This document shows, in pieces, positions 7,689 to 16,888 of a stretch of DNA of 57,708 nt. The notes under the pieces were generated by a model. It was given only the letters and a program-made list of their open reading frames with translations, did not search any database and was not told the DNA's origin. Positions within the stretch are counted from its first letter, which is position 1. Every line of letters begins with the position of its first letter. Both the position numbers and the translations under genes were made by a program. Origin of the DNA: Actinomycetota bacterium (GTDB lineage Bacteria > Actinomycetota > Acidimicrobiia > Spongiisociales > UBA11373); assembly GCA_016870535.1 (NCBI GenBank), contig VGBK01000004.1, positions 1-57,708 of the forward strand. Direction: 5' to 3'.

Positions 7689-9497
7689 ATGGCACGAGCC
7701 CGGGTGGCGGCCCTGCTCACGGTGACGCTGCTGTGCGCCGCCTGCTCCCCGCAGGCCGCGCCGCCCTCCTCGGGCCCCCCCGGCCCGGGCCCGCTCCCCA
7801 CCGCCGAAGAGGCTCGCATCACCGCCATCCTCCCCTTCGGCGGGGCCGGAGCCTGGGTGGGCACCTTCGACGGCACCCTGGCGATCCTCGGCGCGTCCGC
7901 CGTTCCCGTGGAGCCTCCCGACGACCCGGCTTGGGGATCGGTGCGCGCCCTGGTCTTCGAGGACGAGGACCTGATCGCCGCCGCCGGCACCGGCCTGTTC
8001 CGTCTCGGCAACGACGGCTGGGAGGCGCTGGACCCCGCCGGTGGCGGGGTGGTGTCCACCTCGATCACAGTGGGACCGGAGGGCATCTGGGTGGGGCGGG
8101 CCGACCCGGCCACCGGCCTGGGCAGCCTCGGTCGCGCCGGCGGCGAGGCCTGGCCTCTGCGGGACCACACCACGGTGATCCCCTCGGCCTCGATGGTGCT
8201 GAAGGTGGTGGCGGACGATGACGGTTCGGTCTGGGCGGCGACCAACGGGGCGGGGGTGGTGCGGCGGAGCGCCGAGGGCATCTGGTCCCTGCACGGCCTG
8301 GCCACCGGGGCGCTGCGCTCCGACCTGATGCTCGACCTGGCGGCCGACCCTCTGGGAGGCGTGTGGGCGGCCAGCGCGGCCGGCGTCTCCCATCTCACCA
8401 AGGCGGGCTACGAGGCTGCCCCCGCTCATGTCCTCCCCGGCCCCCTGGCGGCCACCACCGACGCGGTGTGGGTGGGCAGCGCAGGGGGCCGAGTGGTCAT
8501 GCTGGAGAGAGCGGCGCGCACCTGGTGGGTGGTGCGGGGCGAGGCCCCGGGGCAGGCGGCGGTCACTGCGATCGTGGTCGCCTCGGACGGGACGGCCTGG
8601 GTGGGCACCGACGGGGACGGCGTGCTCCGCTTCTCGTCCGCGGGGGTGCCGCTCCCCGGCTTCCTGGAGGGAGACGCCCACGTCACAGCCCTGGTGGCAG
8701 CCGGCGACGTCGTCTGGGCCGGCACGCGGGGCGGGGTCGCCTACCGGCTCATCGGGCACGGGCACGCCGTCGCCTCGACCCGCTTCCCGGTGGTGGCGGC
8801 CGTCGGCCCCTCGCCGGCCCCCAGCGAGGACCGGGTTGAGATCCCCTCGGGGTGGTTCCTGATGGGCAGCGACCAGCATCGCCCCGACGAGGCCCCCCAG
8901 CGGCGCGTCTACCTCGGAACCTTCCGCATCGGACGATACGAGGTCACCAACCGTCAGTACGACGAGTACGCCACCGCCGCCGGCCTGGCCGGGGCCGCCT
9001 CCTGGCCGGGACTGGACCCCATGCTGGGTCGCGGCGCCCACCCGGTGGCCGGCGTGCGCTGGGAAGAGGCCGCCGCCTATTGCGCCTGGGCGGGAGGGCG
9101 CCTCCCCACCGAGGCGGAATGGGAGAAGGCCGCCCGGGGCACCGATGGGCGGACCTGGCCCTGGGGCGACGAGTGGGACCCAGCCCGGGCCAACACCGCC
9201 GCAGCGGGACTCGGAGGGCCGGTGGACGTGGGATCCTTCTCCGGCGGCGTCTCCCCGTACCGCATCGCCGACATGGCCGGGAACCTGGAGGAGTGGGTGG
9301 CCGACTACTACCAGGCCGACTACTACTCCGTCGCCCCCGACCGCAACCCGACCGGCCCGGTGACCGTGGTGAACCACGTGCGCCGCGGGGGTTCGTGGGC
9401 GGGCGACGCCGACCAGGCGCGCACCTCCTACCGCACCAGCAGCCACGGCTCCAGCCCCGACTTCCGCGCCGGTTTCCGCTGCGCCTGGGATCCCTAG
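7689..9497 (+). CDS. Secreted/lipoprotein with beta-propeller (Reg_prop-like) repeats and a C-terminal FGE/SUMF1-type domain
   Basis: Signal peptide with a lipobox-like LLCAAC. Repeated xxVWxGTxxGGVxR motifs (DGSVWAATNGAGVVRR, DGTAWVGTDGDGVLRF, DVVWAGTRGGVAYRL). The C-terminus carries FGE-sulfatase hallmarks (GWFLMGS, RVYLGTFRIGRYEVTN, RLPTEAEWEKAARG, RGGSW, GFRC). Confidence 0.85.
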   Translation: MARARVAALLTVTLLCAACSPQAAPPSSGPPGPGPLPTAEEARITAILPFGGAGAWVGTFDGTLAILGASAVPVEPPDDPAWGSVRALVFEDEDLIAAAGTGLFRLGNDGWEALDPAGGGVVSTSITVGPEGIWVGRADPATGLGSLGRAGGEAWPLRDHTTVIPSASMVLKVVADDDGSVWAATNGAGVVRRSAEGIWSLHGLATGALRSDLMLDLAADPLGGVWAASAAGVSHLTKAGYEAAPAHVLPGPLAATTDAVWVGSAGGRVVMLERAARTWWVVRGEAPGQAAVTAIVVASDGTAWVGTDGDGVLRFSSAGVPLPGFLEGDAHVTALVAAGDVVWAGTRGGVAYRLIGHGHAVASTRFPVVAAVGPSPAPSEDRVEIPSGWFLMGSDQHRPDEAPQRRVYLGTFRIGRYEVTNRQYDEYATAAGLAGAASWPGLDPMLGRGAHPVAGVRWEEAAAYCAWAGGRLPTEAEWEKAARGTDGRTWPWGDEWDPARANTAAAGLGGPVDVGSFSGGVSPYRIADMAGNLEEWVADYYQADYYSVAPDRNPTGPVTVVNHVRRGGSWAGDADQARTSYRTSSHGSSPDFRAGFRCAWDP

Positions 9498-10423
9498 AGA
9501 CCCAGCACCTCACGGGCGGCGGCCAGGTCCCGGACGATCTGCGCGGTCAACTCGGCCGGCCCGGCGAACTGCCTCTCGGCGCGCAGGCGCCCGGCGAAGG
9601 CGACCCGCAGCACCGTCCCGTACAGGTCGCCGGGAGGCTCCAACAGGTGGACCTCCAGGGTCTCCGCCGCCCCCCCGAAGGTGGGGCGCCTCCCCAGGTT
9701 GGCCACCCCGGGCAGCAGCGGCCCGCTGCCGGGCCCGGCCCGCACGGCGTAGACCCCGGAAGGAGGCAGGGCGAGTTCCCCGGGCACCGCCACGTTGGCC
9801 GTGGGGAAGCCCAGGCCCCGGCCCCGGCCCTCTCCCGCCACCACCGGCCCCCGCACCTCATGTGGGCGGCCCAGCAGCGACGCCGCCCCATCGAGGTCGC
9901 CGGAGGCGACCATGGCGCGGATCCGGGTCGAAGACACCGGGGCCTGGCCCCCAACGAGGGGGACCACCTCCACTCCAAAACCATGAGCGTCGCCCAACTC
10001 GGCCAGCGACGCCACATTCCCGGTGCGCTGGTGACCGAAGCGGAAATCCTCCCCGACCACGACCAGGCGAGTCGCCAGGGCGGAGGAAAGCACCGTCGCG
10101 GCGAAGAACGCCGAGGTGCGACGGCGCATCGCCTCGTCGAAAGGGAGCACCGCCGCCAGGTCGAGGCCCGCGTCGGCCAGCAACTCCAGTCGATGCTCGA
10201 TGGAGGTGAGCAAGCGCGGAGCGTGCTCCGGCGCCACCACGGTGAGCGGGTGCGGGTGAAAGGTGACCACGGCACACTCGAGGCCGCGGGCCGCGGCGGC
10301 GCGCCGCAGGAGCGAGAGCACGTGGCGGTGGCCCTGGTGCAAGCCGTCGTAGACGCCGATGGTCACCGCCCGAGGCCGCGGCTCCGCCTCCCACTGCGTC
10401 GGCGGGCCGGTGAGCACCCTCAT
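9494..10423 (-). CDS. ribF: Bifunctional riboflavin kinase / FMN adenylyltransferase
   Basis: IGVYDGLHQGHRHVL, a GEDFRFG-type motif and a C-terminal riboflavin kinase domain (GFPTANV). ATGA overlap with the truB stop. Confidence 0.95.
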   Translation of the reverse strand: MRVLTGPPTQWEAEPRPRAVTIGVYDGLHQGHRHVLSLLRRAAAARGLECAVVTFHPHPLTVVAPEHAPRLLTSIEHRLELLADAGLDLAAVLPFDEAMRRRTSAFFAATVLSSALATRLVVVGEDFRFGHQRTGNVASLAELGDAHGFGVEVVPLVGGQAPVSSTRIRAMVASGDLDGAASLLGRPHEVRGPVVAGEGRGRGLGFPTANVAVPGELALPPSGVYAVRAGPGSGPLLPGVANLGRRPTFGGAAETLEVHLLEPPGDLYGTVLRVAFAGRLRAERQFAGPAELTAQIVRDLAAAREVLGL

Positions 10424-11313
10424 GCCAGCACCACCTCCGGCCGGGCCGCCCGCCCCTCAACCCGGTAGACCGCCAGGAGACGGCCCGTCGTGTCCAGGAT
10501 CCGGTGGGGCCCGGCGGCGGGAAGCCTCACCCCCAGCAGGGGCGCGGCGAAGACCGCGCCGCGGCCCACCGCCGTCGCCGTCTCGGCGGACACCCGCACC
10601 GCCGGCAAGTCGGCCAAGGCTTCGGCCGGCTCCAGCAGGAGGGCCGAGGCTTCGCCGGCGGCAGCCGCCGCCTCGATCGCCTCCATCGAGTGCGCCTGCC
10701 CCACTCGCAGCGAACCGACCGCCAGCCGGCGCAGGGCGCTCAGGTGGGCCCGGCCCCCCAGGGCCCGGGCCACGTCGTCGGCCAGCGTACGCACGTAGGT
10801 GCCGGTACTGCAGCGAATGCGGAAGGTGGCCTCCGGGTAGTCGGACGGCGCGAAGTCCACCAGGTCGAAGGAGTACACCTCCACCGGGCGAGCGGCGCGT
10901 TCCACCTCCTTGCCTTCACGGGCCAGGTCGTAGAGGCGCCGTCCCTCCACCCGGCGGGCCGACACCATGGGAGGGACCTGGGCGATGGTGCCGACGAACC
11001 GGGAGGCGACGCGCCGCACCTCCTCCTCGGTCACCGGCATGGGCCGGCGAGCCAGCACCGCCCCGTCGGCGTCCAGGGTGTCGGTGGCCACGCCGAGCAC
11101 GGCCACGGCGCGGTAGACCTTGGGCAGGTGCTGCACGAAGCGCAGCAGCCGGGTGGCCCGGCCCAGGCCCAGCACGAGGAGGCCCGTGGCCATGGGATCC
11201 AGCGTCCCGGCGTGGCCCAGGCGCCGCTCCCCGAACAGCCGGCGGCACCGGGCCACCACGTCGTGCGAGGTCCATCCCCCCGGCTTGTCCACCAGCGCGC
11301 AGCCCTCAGCCAT
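10420..11313 (-). CDS. truB: tRNA pseudouridine(55) synthase
   Basis: DKPGGWTSHDVV and GHAGTLDPMATGLLVLG motifs. Trimmed to the ATG at 11313 (MAEGCALVDKP). Confidence 0.93.
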   Translation of the reverse strand: MAEGCALVDKPGGWTSHDVVARCRRLFGERRLGHAGTLDPMATGLLVLGLGRATRLLRFVQHLPKVYRAVAVLGVATDTLDADGAVLARRPMPVTEEEVRRVASRFVGTIAQVPPMVSARRVEGRRLYDLAREGKEVERAARPVEVYSFDLVDFAPSDYPEATFRIRCSTGTYVRTLADDVARALGGRAHLSALRRLAVGSLRVGQAHSMEAIEAAAAAGEASALLLEPAEALADLPAVRVSAETATAVGRGAVFAAPLLGVRLPAAGPHRILDTTGRLLAVYRVEGRAARPEVVLA

Positions 11314-12268
11314 GGATGCCTGCACGCACCGCGTCCACCACGGCGGCGAGGTTGCCCCGCATGTTGAAGCCGGCCGCGTTGTGGTGCCCCCCGCCCCCAT
11401 GGGCGGCAGCGAGGGTGCCCACGTCCACCCGCCCGCGCGACCTCAGGGAGACCTTCCAGCCCTCAGGCGTTTCCTTCACCAGGGCCGCCACCTCGGCCTC
11501 GCGCGCCACCCGCAGGTCGTCGATGAGCAGGTCGAGGTCCTCCGGTCCCACCCCGGCGGCGGCGGCGTCGGCGGCGTAGAGGACGCTCCACACCAGGCCA
11601 CCGTCCAGCCGGGCGCGGCCGAGCACCGCCGCGGCCACCTGCAGGTAGCCGAAGGGACGCCACTCGTAGAGCCGCTGCCCGATGTCTTCTGGCCGGGCTC
11701 CCGCCGCCACCAGGGCCGCCGCCACCCGCAGCACCCCCGGGGCGGTGGAGGAGAACTGGAAACGCCCCGTGTCCGAGACGATGCCGGCCAGCAGTGCCGT
11801 GGCCGTCCGCCGATCTACGGGCCAGCCCAGGCGGCGCACGAGGTGGTAGACCAGTTCGGCGGTGGCCGCCGCCTGGGGGTCCACCACCGCCACATGGCCG
11901 AAGCCCGGGTTGGTGACGTGGTGGTCCACCACCACCAGCGTCCCCGCTCGGGAGGCCGGCCCGGCCAGTTCCCCCAGGCGGTCCGGCGAGGCGGCGTCGA
12001 GCACCACCATCAACGCCGGGGAGGCAGGGAAGTCCTCCGGAGGCACCAGCGGAGCCCGGTCGAGGAAGCCGAACTGCTCCGACACGGCGAAGGGGGAGCC
12101 GAACGAGGCCACCACCCGCTTCCCCGCCGCCGCGGCCGCCCGGGCCAGGCCGAGGGTCGACCCCAGGGCATCCCCGTCGGGGGACACATGGCAGGCCACC
12201 GCCAGGTCCGGGGCGGCAGCCAGGGCGTCAGCCGCCCGGCGGATCGCCCGGCGTATCGAGTCCTTCAT
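11306..12268 (-). CDS. nrnA: DHH/DHHA1 phosphoesterase (NrnA-like oligoribonuclease / pAp phosphatase)
   Basis: Motifs HVSPDGDALGS, VVVDHH and GGGGHHNAAG. Conserved position between rbfA and truB. Confidence 0.9.
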   Translation of the reverse strand: MKDSIRRAIRRAADALAAAPDLAVACHVSPDGDALGSTLGLARAAAAAGKRVVASFGSPFAVSEQFGFLDRAPLVPPEDFPASPALMVVLDAASPDRLGELAGPASRAGTLVVVDHHVTNPGFGHVAVVDPQAAATAELVYHLVRRLGWPVDRRTATALLAGIVSDTGRFQFSSTAPGVLRVAAALVAAGARPEDIGQRLYEWRPFGYLQVAAAVLGRARLDGGLVWSVLYAADAAAAGVGPEDLDLLIDDLRVAREAEVAALVKETPEGWKVSLRSRGRVDVGTLAAAHGGGGHHNAAGFNMRGNLAAVVDAVRAGIHG

Positions 12269-12614
12269 CCCGCTCCTCTCGCAGCCGGCGCAGAATCTCC
12301 TCCATGCGGAGGCCTTGCTCCACCGCGGCGTCGGGCTCGAAGTGCAGTTCGGGCAGGAACTTCAGGCGCACCTGCCGACCCACCACGGCCCGGATCCGGG
12401 GAGAGGCCCGCCGCAGGGCGGCGGCAGTCTCACCGTGCTGGGCCTCGTCGCCGAGCACGGAATAGTAGACCCGGGCCCACCGCAGATCGGGGGAGGTATC
12501 CACCCCGGTGATGGTCACGAAGCCCAGCCCCGGGTCCTTGAGCCGCTCCACCTCCTCGGCGATCACGTGGTGCAGGGCTTCGCTCACCTTGCGCAGGTAG
12601 GGGCCGGGACTCAT
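12228..12614 (-). CDS. rbfA: Ribosome-binding factor A
   Basis: RKVSEALHHVIAEEVERLKDPGLGFVTITGVDTSPDLRWARVYY. Trimmed to the ATG at 12614, which forms an ATGA overlap with the DUF503 stop. Confidence 0.93.
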   Translation of the reverse strand: MSPGPYLRKVSEALHHVIAEEVERLKDPGLGFVTITGVDTSPDLRWARVYYSVLGDEAQHGETAAALRRASPRIRAVVGRQVRLKFLPELHFEPDAAVEQGLRMEEILRRLREERDEGLDTPGDPPGG

Positions 12615-12901
12615 CGCTCCTCCAGGTAGGAGACGCCCACCTCGAGCAACTCCACCTCGGCATGCTCGCGCAACAGCCGCGTCACGGCGAGGATGAGCCG
12701 CTCCAGGTGCCCGGCCTGGGGGGCCACCATCGCCACCCCCAGGGTGGCTCGCTGCCACTGGTCTTGGAACCCGACCTCGCCGACCGCCACCGGGAAGGTG
12801 GTCCCCAGCGTGCCCATCAGGGCCTTCAGGACGCGGCGCTTGGCTTTGAGGGAGCGAACCCCCGGAAGGCGGATCTCCAGGCGCAGTGCGGCAGCGTGCA
12901 C
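12611..12901 (-). CDS. DUF503 family protein (YlxP-like)
   Basis: 96 aa, LRLEIRLPGVRSLKAKRRVLKAL pattern. Canonical position between infB and rbfA. Confidence 0.85.
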   Translation of the reverse strand: MHAAALRLEIRLPGVRSLKAKRRVLKALMGTLGTTFPVAVGEVGFQDQWQRATLGVAMVAPQAGHLERLILAVTRLLREHAEVELLEVGVSYLEER

Positions 12902-12913
12902 GGCGTCACCCCG

Positions 12914-14956
12914 TCAGGTGCGGGCGACTTCCTGCACCTCGTAGGCCTCGATCACGTCGCCCTCCTTGACGTCCTTGAAGCTCTCCAGGCCCACACCGCA
13001 CTCGAAACCGGCGGCCACCGACCGGGCGTCGTCCTTGAAGCGGCGTAGCGAGGCGATGGAGCCTTCGTAGACGACCACGCCGTCGCGCACCAGGCGCACC
13101 CGGGCGCTCCGGGCCAGTTCACCCTCGGTGACGTAGCACCCGGCGACGCTGCCGAAGCGGGGAGAGCGGAACACGGCGCGCACCTCGGCCGAGCCGAGAA
13201 CCCGCTCCACCGCCTCGGGGGCCAGACGGCCCACCAGCATCGCCTCGATGTCGTCGAGCATCTCGTAGATGATGCGGTAGGTACGGATCTCGATCCCGGC
13301 GTCCTCGGCGGCGCGTCGCGACTTGGCGTCGGGACGCACCCCGAAGCCGAAGATCACCGAACCGGTGGCGTCGGCCAACAGCACGTCGTTCTCGTTGATG
13401 CCGCCCACCGCGGCGTGGACGATGGTGATGCGGCCGCCGGACCGGCCGATCTTCCCCACCCCCTCCCGTATGGCCTCCTGCGAGCCCTGGGTGTCGGCCT
13501 TCACGATGAGGCGCAGCTCGGCCTGCTCGTCGCTGCGCAGCTCGTCGAGCAGCGACTGCAGCCGGTCGGCGGCGGTGGGCATCACCAGTTCCTTGATCCG
13601 CAGAGAGTCGGCGGCTTCATCGGCGGCGGCCCGCGCGGCGCGCTCGTCGCGCTTCACCTCGAAGCGGTCCCCGGCCCGGGGCACGTCGTCCCACCCCATG
13701 ATGAGGACCGGGGTGCTGGGCGGGGCGGAGTCGACCGGGGCCCCGGTGTGATCGAACATGGCGCGCACCCGCCCGGCCACGGCTCCCGCCACGATGGCAT
13801 CGCCCCGGCGGAGGGTCCCCTGGTGCACGATGACGGTGGCCACCGGCCCTCGTCCCCGGTCGAGCTGAGCCTCGACCACCGTCCCCGCGGCGGGAGCGGA
13901 GGGATCGGCGGAGAACTCCTCGAGCTCGGCGATGAGGTCCAGGTACTCCAGCAGCTGGTCGATGCCCTCGCCGGTCAGAGCCGACACCTCGGCGCTGACC
14001 ACATCGCCGCCCAACTGCTCCACCAGCAGGCCGTGCTCGGTGAGCTGGGCCCGCACGGTTTGGGGCTCGGCGCCGGGCAGGTCCATCTTGTTGATGGCCA
14101 CCACGATCGGGACCCCGGCGGCCTTGGCGTGGCTGATGGCCTCGACGGTCTGGGGCATGACCCCGTCGTCGGCGGCCACCACGAGCACCACGATGTCGGT
14201 CACCTCGGCCCCGCGGGCCCGCAAACTGGTGAAGGCCTCATGCCCCGGGGTGTCGATGAAGGTGATGCGCCGCTCGCCCAGGCTCACCTGGTAGGCGCCG
14301 ATGTGCTGCGTGATCCCCCCGGCCTCCTCGGCCACCACATTGGCGGTGCGGATGCGGTCGAGCAGCTTGGTCTTGCCGTGGTCGACGTGGCCCATCACGG
14401 TGACCACCGGAGGCCGACGCACCCCGCCCGTCGGCCGGGCCGGAGCCGAGCGGGGACCGGATGGGGCCGCGGCGGCGGGCGCCGTCGCGTCTTCGACCTG
14501 CAGGATGAATCCCAGGGCGCCGACCACGGCCTCCAGGTGGTCGGGCGGCACCGGCTGCGCCGCCCCGGCCATCTGACCCCGGGAGAGGAGGACCTTCACC
14601 ACCTCTCCGACGGGCCGGCCGGCCGCCGCCGCCAGGCCGGAGACGGTGACCCCAGGACGCACGCTGAGGAGGGGAGCCGCCGGACGCACCGGCGTCGGGG
14701 CGGCCGGAGCCGACAGGGGGGCCGCCTCCGGCTCCGGACCGGCGGGCGTCACCGGCTCGGCCGGCGATTCCTCCGGAGCGACTCCAGCCGCCGCAGCCGT
14801 CGCCGCCTCCTCGAAGGCGAGACGGATGAGGGCGACGGAGTCGTCGTCGAGGCCGGAGGACGCCGCGGCTACCTCGATGCCCAGGTCGGCGGCGCGCGCC
14901 AGCACCTCTTTCGACTCCACGCCCAGTTCCCGGGCAAGTTCGTATGCGCGCATCAC
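12914..14956 (-). CDS. infB: Translation initiation factor IF-2 (short N-terminal region)
   Basis: N-terminal IF2_N (MRAYELARELG) and G domain (GHVDHGKT, DTPGHEAF, NKMD), with the C-terminal domains complete. Confidence 0.97.
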   Translation of the reverse strand: MMRAYELARELGVESKEVLARAADLGIEVAAASSGLDDDSVALIRLAFEEAATAAAAGVAPEESPAEPVTPAGPEPEAAPLSAPAAPTPVRPAAPLLSVRPGVTVSGLAAAAGRPVGEVVKVLLSRGQMAGAAQPVPPDHLEAVVGALGFILQVEDATAPAAAAPSGPRSAPARPTGGVRRPPVVTVMGHVDHGKTKLLDRIRTANVVAEEAGGITQHIGAYQVSLGERRITFIDTPGHEAFTSLRARGAEVTDIVVLVVAADDGVMPQTVEAISHAKAAGVPIVVAINKMDLPGAEPQTVRAQLTEHGLLVEQLGGDVVSAEVSALTGEGIDQLLEYLDLIAELEEFSADPSAPAAGTVVEAQLDRGRGPVATVIVHQGTLRRGDAIVAGAVAGRVRAMFDHTGAPVDSAPPSTPVLIMGWDDVPRAGDRFEVKRDERAARAAADEAADSLRIKELVMPTAADRLQSLLDELRSDEQAELRLIVKADTQGSQEAIREGVGKIGRSGGRITIVHAAVGGINENDVLLADATGSVIFGFGVRPDAKSRRAAEDAGIEIRTYRIIYEMLDDIEAMLVGRLAPEAVERVLGSAEVRAVFRSPRFGSVAGCYVTEGELARSARVRLVRDGVVVYEGSIASLRRFKDDARSVAAGFECGVGLESFKDVKEGDVIEAYEVQEVART

Positions 14957-15014
14957 GCTTCCTCAGCCTGCTGGTCGGCTCATTGTGCCACGGCGGCGCC
15001 GGCCCGCTGCCGGC

Positions 15015-16274
15015 CTAGTCGGCCGGGTCGGCCTGGTAGTGCTCGTCGGCGCCGGCGTCGCCGGCGGCCTCCGGAGCCGCAGGCTCGGCTTCGGCTGCCG
15101 GCTCCCCGGCCGCCGGTTCTGCGACGGCCTCCGCCTCCTCGGCCACATCCTCGACCTCGGCCGCCATCCCCACCGTTTCCTCGACCTCGGCCGCCATCCC
15201 CGCCGTTTCCGCGATCTCGGCAGGTTCACCGGCGGCAGCCATGGTCTCGGCCGCCTCGCCCGCCCCGGCTGCCGGCGGCGCCGCGCCCTCCCCGGCCGCA
15301 ACAGCAGGCCCGCCCGCCTGTTCGGTCTCCGAGCGGATGTCCACCCGATAGCCGCTCAGCCGAGCCGCCAGACGGGCATTCTGCCCTTCCTTGCCGATGG
15401 CCAAAGACAACTGGTGATCCGGCACCACCACGGTGGCGGTGCGGGACTCGTCGTCGAGGATCACCTGGCGCACCTTGGCCGGGCTCAGCGCCTCGGCGAT
15501 GAACTGCCGGGTGTCCTCGCGCCACTCCACGATGTCGACCTTCTCGCCCCGGAGCTCGTTCACCACCTGGCGCACCCGGGAGCCACGCGCCCCCACACAG
15601 GCGCCGACCGGATCCACGTTGGGATCGTTGGAGGAGACGGCGATCTTGGTGCGGTGACCGGCGTCGCGGGCGATGGCGCGGATCTCGACCACCCCATCGG
15701 CCAGTTCCGGGACCTCCAGATCGAAGAGCCGGCGGATGAAGTCGGGGTGGCTGCGGCTCACCACGATCTGCGGGCCCTTGGCCTCCCCCCGCACTTCCAG
15801 GATGAGGGCCTTGACCCGGGCCCCGCGCTCCAGGCGCTCGTAGGGGATCCGCTCTCCCGAGGGCATGACCGCATCGGCATTCCCCAGGTCGAGGATCACC
15901 GACCGGTGGTCGGACTGCTGCACGATGCCGGTCACCAGGTCGCCCTCGCGCCCCTCGTAGGTGTCGAAGACCTGGGCGCGCTTGGCGTCGCGCAGGCGTT
16001 GCACGATCACCTGCTTGGCGGTCTGGGCGGCGATGCGGCCGAAGTCGTCGGGGGTGTCCACCCACTCCCGCGTCACGTTGCCGTCCTCGTCCAACTCCTG
16101 ACCGTAGACGGTGATCTCCCCGGTGTCGGGATCGATGGTCACCCGGGCCTCCTCGGCGGCTCCCGGGCTCCGCTTGTAGGCGGAGACCAGGGCGTTGGCC
16201 AGCGCGTCGAGGATGGCGTCGGCGGGGACGCCCTTCTCCCTCTCCAGTGCCTGCAGTTCTTCCATGAAGTCCAT
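15015..16274 (-). CDS. nusA: Transcription termination/antitermination factor NusA with acidic repeat tail
   Basis: N-terminal domain, S1 and two KH domains (GACVGARGSRV, LAIGKEGQNARLAA). Start trimmed to MDFMEEL at 16274. Acidic Ala/Glu C-terminal tail. Confidence 0.95.
   Translation of the reverse strand: MDFMEELQALEREKGVPADAILDALANALVSAYKRSPGAAEEARVTIDPDTGEITVYGQELDEDGNVTREWVDTPDDFGRIAAQTAKQVIVQRLRDAKRAQVFDTYEGREGDLVTGIVQQSDHRSVILDLGNADAVMPSGERIPYERLERGARVKALILEVRGEAKGPQIVVSRSHPDFIRRLFDLEVPELADGVVEIRAIARDAGHRTKIAVSSNDPNVDPVGACVGARGSRVRQVVNELRGEKVDIVEWREDTRQFIAEALSPAKVRQVILDDESRTATVVVPDHQLSLAIGKEGQNARLAARLSGYRVDIRSETEQAGGPAVAAGEGAAPPAAGAGEAAETMAAAGEPAEIAETAGMAAEVEETVGMAAEVEDVAEEAEAVAEPAAGEPAAEAEPAAPEAAGDAGADEHYQADPAD
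15151..15210 (-). repeat. Tandem 30-nt duplication inside the nusA tail
   Basis: TCGACCTCGGCCGCCATCCCCACCGTTTCC occurs twice with one mismatch. It encodes E-T-A/V-G-M-A-A-E-V-E twice. Confidence 0.9.
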
Positions 16275-16276
16275 AG

Positions 16277-16765
16277 TCAGCCTCGCTTGTGCCCCGGCTT
16301 GGGGGCCTTCTCCCACCGGAACACCGTCCGGGCCTGCACCACCTGGCCGAAGGGGATGCGCTGCGCGCCGTCGCTCTGCCGCAGCGTCATCGCCTCGTCA
16401 CCGACTTCGTCGAGCAGGCCGCGATGGGTCCGGCTTCCCGCCACTGCTTCGCGCGTGGTCACTACCACCTCGCGCCCCAGCGCCTTGCCGAAGTGCGCCC
16501 GGCGGCGCAACTCGCGCTCCAGCCCGGGCGAGCCCACCTCCAGGGTGTAGGCCTCCGGCAGCGCATCGGCTTGGTCCAGCAGGCGCGAGACACCCTGGGA
16601 GGCTCGGGCGAGGGCCTCCACGTCCATCCCGCCCGCCGCATCCAGGGCGATCCGGACCAGCCGGGCTCCTCCAACGCCGCGCACCTCGAGATCGTCCAGT
16701 TCGATCCCCTCGGCGGCGAGGTACGGCCCGATCATGTCCCAGAGTCGCGCCTCCAGGTCGTCCAT
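16277..16765 (-). CDS. rimP: Ribosome maturation factor RimP
   Basis: 162 aa with LEVGSPGLERELR. Immediately upstream of nusA. GAGGAAGG SD. Confidence 0.9.
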   Translation of the reverse strand: MDDLEARLWDMIGPYLAAEGIELDDLEVRGVGGARLVRIALDAAGGMDVEALARASQGVSRLLDQADALPEAYTLEVGSPGLERELRRRAHFGKALGREVVVTTREAVAGSRTHRGLLDEVGDEAMTLRQSDGAQRIPFGQVVQARTVFRWEKAPKPGHKRG

Positions 16766-16777
16766 CCGTCCTTCCTC

Positions 16778-16808
16778 AAAGAAAGAGTGGGCACCAGGGC
16801 GCCCACTC
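16778..16808 (-). terminator. Canonical intrinsic terminator/attenuator hairpin directly upstream of rimP
   Basis: The minus strand reads GAGTGGGCGCCCTGGTGCCCACTC followed by TTTCTTT. The stem is 8-10 bp and the T-tract ends 12 nt before the rimP ATG. Confidence 0.65.
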
Positions 16809-16888
16809 GTCGCGTGCGTTCGGTTGCCCCCATTCTATCAGAGGCGGCGCCGCCGGGCAGGGCCGGGGGACCGATCGCGCGCGACGGG

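Noticed and set aside
7578-9446. N-terminal 620 codons of track ORF 6519..9446, and the analogous upstream extensions of track ORFs 6288..9497, 18641..20863, 36488..37621, 36889..38184, 28195..29232, 28964..30229, 29889..31349, 32618..34222 and 785..1750
   Set aside because: In each case the recognisable protein begins at an internal ATG/GTG/TTG with a sensible N-terminus. The upstream part is compositional junk that overlaps a neighbouring real gene.
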